Assembly (NCBI RefSeq): GCF_009914755.1
Contig: NC_060925.1
Reading direction: 5' to 3' (one strand)
DNA: 64,000 nt
Source of the DNA: the human T2T-CHM13v2.0 reference genome, Homo sapiens
Part shown: piece after piece, positions 17,194 to 31,061 of the stretch
Position numbering within the stretch: the stretch's first letter is position 1
How the letters are laid out: the number at the start of each line of letters is the position of its first letter
Notes under the pieces: generated by a model
The model's database searches: none
Told to the model about the DNA's origin: nothing
What the model saw: only the letters and a program-made list of their open reading frames with translations
Translations under genes and position numbers: made by a program

Positions 17194-18845
17194 TCTGATG
17201 CTAGGGCCAAAGGGCAGGCCACAGGCTGCAACTGCCTCCAGCAGTGAAGCCACTGTGCACTTTCACGTGCCCAGATAGAGTTTCCTGCCTATGGCTGTTA
17301 CTGCTGTGGACTGCTGCATGTGGACTAAAGCATGTGTGGAACACAAGCTGCCACTACTGGAGATACAGTGCAAGTCAAGCATGGGCTGATGCCGTTAGGG
17401 CTGAAGTACGAGTGAAGCAGTTTCCCACTTTCCTGTGTACAGCTGATGCCACTGAAAGCAACCCTGGCCTCCTTAGTTTCAAGGCTGTAGTGCATCCCTG
17501 AGTACTCTGCCAGGGGCCTGGGGAATCACCCCACCCCTGCCCACCACAATCAGTGTCTGTACACACCATTCAGAGGCCTGAAGACAAGTCTGCCTTGCAT
17601 AGCTTCACACCGTACCCCTCAGTGTTAGAGCACACAGTCTTGGGGCCTGGGAAATTATACAGCCTGGGCCACCACTGTTGGTACCTGAGTACTTCTCTAG
17701 AGGTGTTGAGGTTGGACCCACCCACCCTGCTGCTACCATCACAGCTGGAACTTATCTTCATGTGTCATTTGCGAGCCTGGAAACTTCCTGCCCAGCTCAT
17801 TGCAGTCACCATTAAGACCAGTGTGCACCACTTGGGATGCAGAGGGTTTTCCTGCCACTGCTGCCACCATTGCTTGTTCCATGCCTGCTACCCAGAGACC
17901 TGAGAACCTATCCATTTGTTTGGCCCACTCCTGCCACCACTGGCATCTGAGCAAGATGCCTATAGGCCTGAGAATCAGCCTGGCTGGACCTGCTATTACT
18001 GGTGCCAGCATACACCACACTGGGGCACCAAAGGCAGACATGCTCAACCCACTGCTGCCATCACTGGGACCTGAAGACTGGCCCACCTGGTATTCCCATT
18101 CCCAGCAAAACTTCATCACAGCCTCTACTAATAGCCACATTCTAAGCCATCAAGGAAATCAGACTCAACTAATACTGTTTACAGCCAAAGAATCATACCA
18201 AGACTACAGTACTGCAGGAACCCAGAATTATAGCCAAAGTGCCCTACCCAGCACTACAGATACATCATCAGGAAAAGGTCCTCCCCTACAAAAGCAAATT
18301 CAAAAAATTGGAAGAAGCAACCATTAGACCAGTTGCACAGATATCAATATAAGGACACAGAAAACGTTAAAAAGCAAGTAAATGTGACACCTCCAAAGGA
18401 ACGCAAGAATTCTCCAGCAACAAATTCCAGTCAAAAATAAATTTTCAAACTCTCAGAAAAATTCAAAATATTTATTTTTAAGGAAGCTCAGTGGAATACA
18501 AGAGAATGCTGAAAAACAATAAGAAAAACAATTCAAGATATGAATAAGAAATTTATCAAAGAGATAGATATCATAAAAAAGAGCCAAACAGAAATTCTGT
18601 AAATAAAGGACTCATGAATGAAATACAAAATATATTTGAAAGCATCCACAATAGACTAGATCAAGCAAAAGAAAAATCTCAAACTTGAAGACAGGTGTTT
18701 TGAAATAACTCAGTCAAATAAAAATAAAGAAAAAAAAAGAATGGCCAAAGACTTCCTGACATATGGAAGTCTGTAAAGTGGCCAGTTAGTCAAAATTTTG
18801 GAGTCCCAGAAGGCAAAGAGAAAAACAAAAGGGATAGAAAACCTA

Positions 18846-19154
<309 letters not shown>

Positions 19155-20852
19155 AAAATGTATTTAATTAAGTAATAGATGAAAACTTCCCAAATGTAGC
19201 AAGGGATTTAGACATGCAGATACAGGTTGCTCTGAGATTCTCCACTGCACATTATAGCCAAAATGTCTAAAGTCAAAACAAAGAGAGAATGCTAAAACAG
19301 CAAGAGAAAAGCGTCTAGTCACCTATGAAGGAACCCCCATCAGACTAACAGTAGATTTCTCAGCAGAAATCTTACAGACCAGGAGAAAATAGAATCATAT
19401 ATTCAAAATACTGAAAAAAACTTCTGCCAGTCACAGATACTATACTCAGCAAAGTTAGCCTTCATAAATGAAGGAGAAATAAAGTCTTCTCTAGACAAGC
19501 AAAAGCAGAGGGAATTCATCACCACTACACAAGAACTACAAGAAATGCCTAAGGAATCCTACACCTGGAAGTGAAAGCATAATATCTATCATCATGGAAG
19601 CACATGAAAATATAAAACCTACTCATAGAGCAAACACACAAACAGGGAAGAGAAAAGACTCAAATGTTGCCACTATATAAAACCACCAAACCACAACAAT
19701 AAATAGTGAGAGAGAGAGAATATACAAAACAATCAGAAATCAATTAATAACATGGCAGAAATAAGCCACCACATATCAATAATAACCTTGAATGTAAACA
19801 GATTAAACTTTCCATTTAGAAAATATAGGCTGGCTGAGTGGATAATAAAACATGACCCGACTGTATGCTGCCTACAAGGAAATCATTTCATCTGTAAAAA
19901 TACATAAAGACTGAAAGTAAAGGGATGGAAAAGATTTTCCATGCAAATGGAAACCAAAGCAAGCACAAGTAGCTATACTTATATCAGATAAAACAGACTG
20001 TCAAAACAGTAAAAAGAGACAAAATGGGTCATTATATAATGATAAAGGGATTAATTCTACAAGAGGATATAATAATTATAAACATATATGCACCCAACAC
20101 TGGGGCACCCAGACATATAAAGCAAATCTTATTAGATTTAAAGGGAGAGATAGACTTCAATAAAATAAAATTGGAGACTTCAACACCTGACTCTCAGCAT
20201 TAGACAGATCATCTAGGCAGACAATTAACAAAGAAACATTAGATTTAAATTGCACATTAGACTAAATGGCCTGACAGACTTTTACAGAACATTTCATCCA
20301 GCAGCTACAAACATACATTCTCCTCATCAGTACATCAAACGTTCTCCAAGATAGAGCATATATTAGCACACAAAACAAGTCTCAACAAATTTTAAATGAC
20401 TAAAATCATATTAACTATCTTCTTAGACCACATTGGAATAAAACTAGAAATCAATAACAAGACAAACAATGATAAAAGAAATCATAGAGAATGCAAACAA
20501 ATGGAAAGACATCCCATGCTCATGGGTCAAAAGAACTAATATTAAAAGGACCATACTACTCAAAGCAATCTAAAAATTCAATGCAATCCCTATCAAAACA
20601 CCAATTTCATTTTTCACAGAATTAAAAAAACACTCCTAAAATTTGTATGAAACAACAACAAAAAAGCCCAGATAGCCAAAGCAATCCTGAACCAAAAGAA
20701 CAAAGCTGGAGGCATCACACTACCTGACTTCAAAATATATTACAAGGGTATGGTAACCAAAACAGCATGGTATTGGTATAAAAACAGACACATAGATGAA
20801 TGGAACAGAATAGATAATCTAGAAATATATCCATATATTTATAGCCAGCTGA

Positions 20853-21160
<308 letters not shown>

Positions 21161-22885
21161 TCAACTGATTTTAAATTAAAGCTATAAGAACATACATCAG
21201 GAAAAGGACTCCTTCTTCAATAAATGATGCTGGGGAAATTGGATATCCATATGCAGAAAAATGAAACCAGACTCCTATCTTTTGCTGTATACAAAAATAA
21301 ACTCAAGATAGATGAAAGACTTAAATATAAGACCTGAAACTACAAAACTACTAGAAGAAAACATAGCGTAATCACTTCAGGACATTAGTATAGGCAAAGA
21401 TCTCATGGCTAAAAGATCAAAAGTGCAGACAAAAAAACAAACAAAAAAAAACCAAAACAAGAAAAACTGATAGAACTATATTAAGATATTAAGCTAAAAA
21501 TCTTCTGCACAGCAAAGACAGTAAACAGAGTAAAGGGACAACCTGTTGATTGGGAGAAAATATTTTTAAACTATTGATTTGACAAGGAAGTTAATATCTG
21601 AATATACAAGAAACTCAAAACAACAATTAAAAAATGAATTCAATTAAAAAGTGGGAAAAGGATGCAAATGGACATTTCCCAAAAGAAGATATAAAAATGG
21701 CCAACAGCTGTGTGTGGAAATTTTTAACATCACTAACCATCAGGGAAATGCAAATCAAAACCACAGTAAGATAGCATGTTATCCTAGTTGTAGAATGGCT
21801 ACTATTAAAAAGATAAAACATTATTATGTTATAGATGCTGGCAAAGATGGAGAGAAAAGGGAACTCTCACATACTGCTGGTGGTATGTAAATTAGGACAG
21901 CCACTATGAAAAACATTATGGAAATTTATTTTAAAAGTCTAAAAATAAAACTCCCATTGATCAGCAATCTCACTATTGGATATTTATCCAAAGGAAAAGA
22001 AATCAGTATGTCAAAGTGATACCTGCACTCCCATGTTTATTGCAGCACTATTCACAATAGCAAAGATGTAATCAGACTAAGTGTCCATCAATGGATGAAT
22101 GGTTAAAGAAAATGTGATATATATACATACTTGAATACTATTTGGCCATAAAAAATAATGAAATTATATCATTTGCAGCAATTTGTATGGAACTCAAGGT
22201 CATTAGGTCAAGTGAAATTAGCCAAGCACAAAAAGACAAATGTCACATGTTATCAATCATATATAGTAGCTAAAAAAGTTCATCTATGGAGGCAGAGAAT
22301 AGAATGATAGATACCAGAGGTGGGAAGGATGTGTGGGTGGAGTGGAGAGGGGATGAAGAGAGGTTAGTCAATCAGTACCAACGCAGTTAATAGAAGATAT
22401 AAATTCTAATGTTCGATTGCAGAGTAGGGTGACTATAGTTAGCAACAATGTATCAATAGTTAGAAAAGAGGATTTGAAATGTTCTCAGCACACAGACATG
22501 ATAAATACTGAAGGTGATGGATACCCCAAATACCCTTACTTGATCATTTCACATTCCATGCATGTAACAGATACTCACATGTACCCCATATACATGTAAA
22601 ATATTATTTATCAATTTAAAAATTCTTTTGATTCCCTTTTGAGAAGGGAAGGAGAAGGCCAGAGAGTGACCTTCCTAGCTTTTATGGCCTGTTTCAGGGA
22701 GAAGGGAATGGGGAAGGTGAGAGTAAGTAGTCTTCCTGCTTCTGCTGTTTTCTCAAATGCCTAAGTGCTATATTTTGGGAACACTATCAGTGCTAGAAAA
22801 ATTTATGGTAAAAAGGTATTACTGGCCTAACCAGGAATGTTTTGTGGATCTTTAGCTGGATCAACCCAATATATGTTTTTCTTAA

Positions 22886-23476
22886 TGTAAAAAGTAAAGT
22901 AGAGGTTCCTTTTCAAAGACTTTCCTCCCCATTTAATTAGGAATAAATAGTAACTTCTCTTAGAAGCAAAGTTTATTCAAAGACCTGTGCTAACCTTCTT
23001 AAGTATCTGCTAGCCATGATAAAGAAATCAATGTACTTTATGTTCTTAACTCCCACAATTTAGCCTAAATATTTGCCCTGGCATGCTTATACTGGTCCAA
23101 GCAAACATTAGGTCATATAGCCTGTTCCTCTTTCTTATTTGAAGGTGTTTTTACCTTTTTCAGCATTCCACAAGTTACTTCCTCCTTCCTTTGTTCTCCT
23201 CTGCCTTTGCCTCTTTTAAAAAGCTCCAAGTTGCTAGCCAGTCGGGACAAATACAGAATGTGAGGTCTTTTTCCAGCCAGTGGAAACCGGACACAGCAGT
23301 AGGGTGGATGCGTCAGTTTATAAATGACCCTGTCTCCTTTGTTTGATGTACTCTCATGGCAAAACTGCTGGCGAGTATACCCTTTCTGCAGGAAGTAAAA
23401 ATGGCCTTGCTGAGTAAATTAAATTTACGTTCAAGTGCTATTCCTTTACAGCACCAGGGAACAAGCATTTCAAACA
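22886..23476 (+). mobile_element. Solo ERV1 LTR, LTR10-type (HERV-I family; LTR10C-like)
   Basis: TG...CA termini, 591 bp, 5-bp TSD CTTAA (22881-22885, 23477-23481), TATAAA at 23319; family name from recalled consensus. Confidence 0.75.
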
Positions 23477-24468
23477 CTTAATCTCCTCAAATTCCTTTTA
23501 CCAGAGAGCTCCTTCTTTTAAAACTTTTTTTTATGAGATGGCTTTACTTGCTTTCACAGATTTATACTTCTAGACTTTAAAAAACTGTTTTCTTGTCCTC
23601 ATCAGATAATCATTAACTACAAATTTTCATTGTTGCCAACTAAAACAATTACTGAATTGTCTCTACATTTTTATCACATTAATTCATATATACACTGATA
23701 TTATATCAAATTATATCACTTATTAGGTAGCTTTATAGGCTTTTTATTTTTTCAGAGAAAAGTTGGTATTATATAAGGGTAAAATTAGTAGGCTGTTATG
23801 TATCCGTGAACCATTATTCCCAATGTTAAATAATACTAAAATTATTTTCCTTTAGATGAAAAGAGATGACTTCAGTGACTTTTATAATTCAGTGTGAAGC
23901 TAGCTTGAAGCTAGCTTTAAATGCAACTCAATGTGATGTGCCTGCCTGAGGCAACTGACATTTCAGATTGTGATTCTTTTCACCCCCAAAGCAAGAAGGT
24001 CTGCTCTTTTCTGTAGTTAGAGCTATTTTAATGAAGTTAATTTAAGAGGTCAGAATCCAACTTGTGACTTCTCAGATTCTTTCATTTGCATTACAAATCA
24101 TTTAAGGGAAAAAGGAGCAACTGACTAAAATATATTGGAGAAGGACTAGAGTAAAACATTATTAATGTGAACTGTTATTTTTAAAAATCTGATCATCTAG
24201 ACAGAGGTAATGAAAGCCATCGGACGAAATGCTTTACAATGGAAATCAGTAAGAGTTCATTGGGGAGATTAAACTATTCACTAGAACAGAATTTTTAATC
24301 ACTCTCAGTATCTGAGAATACCAGTTACATAATGCCCAAATCACATTATGAACAATGCCTTCCTGTTTTTCAGGCCAGGAGGAAAAAGAAGTGAGTCTTT
24401 ATCATTTGGTTTTGTGCATCATTCTGTTGGTTAGCATAACTACGTGAATAGATGCTGGAAACCAAATA

Positions 24469-25497
24469 CAGTAAGTCTTCATTTCATGTCCTTGATAAGG
24501 CTCTTGGAAACCTATGCAACTTTAGAAGAAACTACTTATAACAAAACCAATTTTACCATAGACTGATATATATATATATAAAGAGTTACGTTTCTAAGAC
24601 ACATTTCCGATCACAAAAACATAAAATTTTTTTATGTTTTGATCTCCTGGGCTCAAGTGATCCTCCCAACTCAGCCTCCTAAGTAACCAAGATTACAGTT
24701 GTGCACCACCATGCCCAGCTAATTTTTAACTTTTTCTTTTTTGTAGAGATGGGGTCTCTCTCTGTTTTCCAGGCTAATCTCAAACTCCTGGCCTCCCAAA
24801 GTGCTGGGATTACAGGCATGGGCCAGCATATCGAGCCACTAAACTTTTAAATAAAGACACAAAACACTTTTAATATTAAGCATGGAAATACATGTGAACT
24901 ATTCATACATTTAGGATTAATAAACACAAGCAAGATAATTATTTACCCAGTTTTTGGTGAATCAGTAAGTGATGGCAGTCATGGTTATTAAATCAAGAAA
25001 CATCTCCTACTATCATGCAGTTCAAAAACTAACTGACAAACAGGGTGGGTGCTCTGTGCACTTTCATAGCTCATCATTTATTGTCATATGTCGGTATGAT
25101 TACCACCTACTTTATGAATTTTTATTTGACAATAATTTGTATTCATTCATTCATTTTTCAACTTGCTTATTAGAGTTCAGGGTCTTGGGTGGCCAGAGCC
25201 TATCCTGGCAGCTCAGGGCACAAGGTGGGAGCCAATCCTGACAGGATGTCTTTCCATCACAGGGCGCACTTACCCCCACACTCATTCAGACTGACATCAT
25301 TTAAATGCACCAATTCCACACACATGCACAGCTTTGGGATGTGGGAGGAAATTAGAGTGCCCAGAGAATACCCATGCAAACATGGGGAGAATGTGCAAAC
25401 TTCACACAGACAGTGGCCCCAGCTTGGAACTGATTTTTTTTCTCATCAGTGTTATAACAAAATGATGTTGAATGAACCATTATTCAAAGGTCTGCCA
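24469..25497 (+). mobile_element. MER6 (TcMar-Tigger) with an inserted Alu fragment (24641-24837)
   Basis: TA|cagtaagtcttca ... ttattcaaaggtctgcca|TA; internal tttgggatgtgggaggaa...catggggagaatgtgcaaacttcacacagacagtggcccc. Confidence 0.8.
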
Positions 25498-25872
25498 TAC
25501 CAATATTTATTGACTATCTAGGCAGTGTCTTGCAGAGGATATAAAGTAAAATCAATGTGTGGTATACTTTCTTAAAGCTAATTTTAGTTTAAAAATAAAA
25601 TATTTTGTCAAATGAAAAGATTATTTTGTTGTGGAATATCACTGAATTTTGTCAGTTGTCATTTCAGTGCTTAAATGGGTATTGATCATGTATGTGAATT
25701 TCTAACAATTTTCTTGTACACAAATGGAGGAACAAAAGCTTACTCTCTGTTGCAAAACAGCAAGTAAGCAAACAAAACCACAAGCCAATAACTAACAGAC
25801 ATGCATATCTGCAGCTCCTGTCAGCTCCCTGATAAGATGAAAAGGAGTGAGAGATTTTTAGTGGTAGAGGTT

Positions 25873-25918
25873 TTTTTGTTTTGTTTTGTTTTGTTTTGTT
25901 TTGTTTTGTTTTGTTTTT
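25873..25918. repeat. (GTTTT)n pentanucleotide repeat
   Basis: Direct reading. Confidence 0.9.
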
Positions 25919-26904
25919 ATCTACTTAAGTTTGGGTAAGTCTATAATACTATGGGTATGTATTCATGGACAAATGATCATTCTCTTGATAATGAAAAGGA
26001 CTGAATATCAGCTGTGGAGGGAAATAGAAAGACAACAATGGACCCAAGCCACGCAAGTTTTAAGTTTGTAAATACTGTACATCTCTTTTCTTGTTCCAGA
26101 ATTTCATTACATTTGTATTTCTCTGGGAGGTGGTATACAATTTTATAATCAAGAGGGACAAGATAGAATCTTTTCTGCCTCCTGCTGTGGTTGCTCAGTT
26201 GTGGTTTTAATTGTTGCACCAGCAGGAAAATATATGGCTTTAATTCTAAAGGATTAAGAAGACTTGAGCAATATATGTATGCAGAAGATAGAGGCTGGTG
26301 CTCTTACTTAGGAAAACTAGTCAACCTTAACACACTCAGTAAGCAAGTTAATGAACTCCATTGGTAAAAGATAAATGAAAAGTGACATTTCTTTCCTTCT
26401 TTACTATATGGTTAGTTATTTTTATTATCCTATATAATAGGCATGATTTATATAAATAGCATTAGTCTCTAATAGTGAAATGAGCATTGTATATAGAATG
26501 AGATGAACTGGGTTTAAACATAACACTATGGTTAATTAAACGTATAATTGTATCCAAAATTACACATTTAAACTCCCTGGGTCTTTAGTTTTCTCTTTTG
26601 GAAAGTGAATATATTATAGCACATAATTTCTAAATTCGCCAGCTCATCTCTAAATTATCTAATATCTAGTCCGGATTCAACTTTCCCCAAGTGTCCTAAG
26701 ATGTGTCTTTAGAGTTTTTGTAAAAATATAAAACCAATAGAAATTCACAAATTGCATTTAATTTTTTGTCTTTTTGGATTTTGAAACAGTTTTCAAACTC
26801 CTCTCATAATATTGACTCCATGATGATTATGGAATATCCTACATTCTGAATTTGTCTAATTGTTTCCTCATACTGAGATTTAACTTCTTTCTTTATCTGT
26901 TATA

Positions 26905-27904
26905 CTTTCTTTCTTCTTTCTTTTTTTATTTTGTTTTTTGAGACGGAGTCTCACTCTGTCGCCCAGGCTGCTGTCACCCAGGCTGGAGTGCAGTGGCAGC
27001 AATTATGGCTCATTACAACCTCTGCCCCTCGGGTTCAAGTGATCCTCCTGTTCCCGGACCAAACTGAGGGTTGGGCTGCTATTTCTTGCGGCCCAATAAC
27101 AAGATGCAGATGAACTGGGGAGGAAGAGAGTTTTTATTTCTGTAACCAGCTACAGGGAGAAGGCCTGGAAATTATCACCAGACCAACTGAAAATTACAAA
27201 GTTTTCCAGAGCTTATATACCTTATAAACTATATGTCTACATGTAAGTGTGCATTAAATCTAAAGACATAAGTGATTAACTTCTTTTAATCTATCTATAA
27301 CTAAGGTCTGGGTCCTGAAGACCTTCTTCTGGAGCCTCTGTAAGTTTACTTAATCTAAATGGGTCTAGGTGCTGGGGTGATTACCTTTATCTTGTCTCCT
27401 GCTAAATCATAAAGGTTTGGGACATTCCTTTAGACCCCAATAAACTTGTTTGTGGAGGCCTGGGGAGTTTCTTCAGACCCCCAATAAAACTTCTTTAATC
27501 CTAAAAGGGTTCTGTCAGGAATTCCTTTGTTATCTTGTCATGCTTCAAGGCCCAGGAAAAGCCTAAGCAAAACTCTTGGCGGGCTCTTTGTTACATTCCA
27601 GTTTGTAAAAGGGCACTGGCTCAATCACCTTTTAATGTTTAACTTAGCTACTCAGTCAGTGCTGGGACAGTTGCAATGGAAGCCTGAATTAATGAGAACT
27701 GGCCTGCCACACTCCGTCCTCAGCCTCCCAGGTAGCTGGGACTACAGGCATGCATCACCACTTCTGGCTGATGTTTGTATTTTTAGTAGAGATGGGGTTT
27801 CACAATGTTGGCCAGGCTGGTCTTGAACTCCTGACCTGAAGTGATCTGCCCGCCTCGGCGTCCCAAAGTGCTGGGATTACAGGCGTGAGACACCATGCCT
27901 GGCG
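26905..27904 (-). mobile_element. AluSx-type element split by an LTR insertion
   Basis: TSD ttatctgttata at 26893-26904 and 27905-27916; the Alu halves join across 27049-27711. Confidence 0.9.
27049..27711 (-). mobile_element. Solo ERV1 LTR, PABL_A-type
   Basis: 663 bp, TG...CA, 4-bp TSD CTCC (27045-27048, 27712-27715); minus strand starts tgtggcaggccag as in the recalled PABL_A consensus. Confidence 0.8.
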
Positions 27905-29019
27905 TTATCTGTTATATTTTTTGTAATCTAACTTCATTAAATTCAGTGTAGCATTTTTTTACAAGATTACTTCATAGGTTATATTGAAGTATTATTTTGC
28001 ATCATACCAGAAGTTACATGACATCATACTGTCCCAGCATTAGTGAAGCAAAGTTTGATCCTTCTTTAAGGTAGTGACTACCAGATCACTCCATTTTTTT
28101 TCCATCCAACTCATATATTTTATACTTCCTTGACTTTCAATGTCATTTCAGGACATTTTATTACTGTACTCTTGGATTTCCTAAACATACATTCATCCTA
28201 TCAGTAGCTGCTGGCTAAGTCTTCTAATCATTTTCATTACCTCCTTGGAGCAGGTATTCCCATTTGCCTATTAGTATCTAAAATCCTTACCCTCTTGTGG
28301 TAGTCCCCCAACACCTTATATTTTGTGGTCTCTTACCAAGCCCCTTTCTACTCCAACTAAATTAATTTGCTTTTTGTCTTCTCCACGTGGTCTTTTCATT
28401 CTCACCTCTGCCTTCAATATCTGACTGCTTCCTCTGTAATCCCCCCTGCGACTGCCCTGGCTTGTTTATCACCTCCTTTATGATTTATCCCAAACCACTA
28501 AAATCATTCTCAATATTCAGTTTTTCCTAGTGGTCAAATATTCAGTTTATGGCATATACTTTTATAATTTTCAATAATGTTTCTTTCAACTGGAAGTAAT
28601 AAGTTTTCAATATAAGGATTATATTGATTCAAAGTTATAGTAATTGAAAAAGTTGAAATAAGATTAAAACATGTGATAAAATTGTTTAAAGAATAAGTTT
28701 TTTGTTTTTATCTCCATAGCCACCATCTCTTACATAAGAATATGAGTCAGCGTAATGATGATGAATGAAAGTACTGTTCTTTATAAAGTCAAGGAAGCCA
28801 CCTTGTGAGACTAGGCTATCATTCAGCAGTGTTGTGAATTTTCCTTTCTAATTTCAGGTTAGGTGTGATTTTTATGTGGCCTATATTTCTGGATTTGGGC
28901 AGTTTGTTCCAGATGGAACTTTTATGACTATGGTTTGCTAGGAAATACTGCTGGGCTTGCAGATCATTCATTCACTGATAAACTGAATTGACTTTCCCAT
29001 GTACTTAAGTCAGTTTTTC

Positions 29020-29240
29020 AGTGTGATGTGAGAGAAAACTGGATTTGGAGTCAGGACAGGGGTTTAAGTACTGTCTCTGCTACTTACCTTATGTGTGACC
29101 TTGAGCAAATTCTTTAACCTATTTGAATTTTACCTTACTGCAAAACAAAAAACAGTATCTTACCATGACTACTTCATTATGTTGTTGCAAAACACAAATT
29201 AGGTATTGTGAAAAATCCCTTGTGATTTATAAAGTGCCAT
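29020..29240 (+). mobile_element. MIR
   Basis: ggatttggagtcaggac ... tgtgtgaccttgagcaaatt. Confidence 0.6.
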
Positions 29241-30069
29241 CAAAATACACAGGGTGATTATTTATGTTTTTCAACTTAATAAGGTGATTAATAGCTTCTT
29301 TTTGGGAAAAATTTCTATTTCAAAATAATAAAATATTTGTTTTTGTAAAGTGGGAAAGATAGATTTAATTGGGATTTTTAAAAAGCAATATGGTTGAAAA
29401 TAAAGAGAAAGAAGGTAACTCATTTTTATCTGAATTCCCTTTTGCCATATATTTCACTCATTTTCTCTGGTATCTTTATTCCTTCTACATTATAACATTG
29501 TGTGTTTTTGTTTGTTTTTTGTTTTGTTTTGGTTTTGAAAGTTATGCAGCAACATCTTGCTAATTTTTTAAAAATACTGATCTACCTCCTAGTTTTAGGG
29601 CTAGCTTTACCCAGTTGAACAAACTTCTCTACCCTTTACATCCTTTTTTTCTGACATTTTTGCTGTAAATCATGTTCAATCAGTTAATTACGTGATCAAT
29701 ATTTATGGCATACGTATTACTAAAAATTCATTCTGTTATTAATGTAAAAATTTTAAAATGCATAATACCTTTCCTGGATTCCATTTATTTGGATAATCAA
29801 CTGTACTAATCACCTACTATATTCGTGGTATATTCTCAAGAAGACTTCATGTGAGTCTGAGAGACAAATATAGAAAGATCTTAACAATAAAGTTATTGGT
29901 ATGGAAATGAGAAATAAAGAAGAGTTTATAGAGAACAGATCATTTATAAATTGTTCCAAGTGGAGAACCTATTCATTGTAAAGTGTGGTAACTTTCAGTT
30001 ATACCAGGTGCTGATTTTTATTTAGAGAATATTTAGGAATCATATTGTGAGGCTATTTGGGAAGGGGAT

Positions 30070-30985
30070 TCATGATCTATTGGTGTGTAACAAATTACCC
30101 TAAATATGTAGTGGAAGTCACACTCTCTCTCTCGCCACATTTTATTGATTAGAAGTCACTAAGTTCAGCCTACATACAAAGAAAAGAGAATTAAATAATT
30201 CATTAGTACATTTTATACTTTCCATGCAACTGCAGGTAATATTGTCACTAAACTTTCTGCCTCAACATAATGAGGAGCCCCTCTTCTCCAGTTTCCAATA
30301 ATGTTTTTTCTTATTTTTCTTTAAGTCCTCACCAGTAGCCTCCTCAAAGGTCATTAGGATTCTGCTTACACTCTCCTCAAAGTCCTTTCAGCTTCCTCTC
30401 AGTTCTTGGTTCTGAAACTTCTCCCACACTTCAGGTTTTTATTACAGCATAGTACCATTTTCTGTGCTAAAATCTTCATTGGTTATCTATTGCTGTATAA
30501 CAAATTGCCCAAAATGTAGTAGGTTAAAACAATAACAAACATTTGTTATCTTCACAATTTCTGTGGGTTAGGAATCCAAGAGTGGCTTAGCTAGGCATTT
30601 CTGCCTCAGTGTTCCTCTTGAGGTTGCAGTGAAGATGTTGGCCAGACTTAAACTCATGTGAAGGCCTGATGGAGGTGGGAGAATCTGTTTTCAAGGTTGC
30701 TGCCGAGTATTGGTGAGAGGCTTCAGTTTCTTCCAACGTGGCTGCTTGAATGTCCTCAGGACATGATAGCTGACCTCATCCAAAGCAGCCAATCCAAGAA
30801 AGCAAGGTGGAAGTGACAATGTCTTTTATGACCTAGTATTAGAAGTTACAAACCATCACTTCTGCCACATTCTATTCATTAGGAGAAAGTAATTAAGTCC
30901 AATGCACAAAGGGAGGGGAATTTGGCTTCTCTTTTTGAAATAAGAAGTGCCAGAGAATTTGCAGACACATTTTAAAACCACATAA
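30070..30985 (-). mobile_element. MLT1-type MaLR LTR and internal fragments
   Basis: tctattgctgtataacaaattgcccaaaatg ... gaatttgcagacacattttaaaaccac. Confidence 0.65.
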
Positions 30986-31039
30986 TCTAGATCCTGCTCT
31001 TGTCCAGTAACCCCTCCAAAAAGATCTCCAAGAGAATGT

Positions 31040-31061
31040 GCACACACACACACACACACAC
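31040..31061. repeat. (CA)n microsatellite
   Basis: Direct reading. Confidence 0.9.

Noticed and set aside
17244-18327. Overlapping 85-175-aa ORFs on both strands
   Set aside because: They lie in the GC-richer 5' UTR of an old L1, where stop codons are scarce; no recognisable protein
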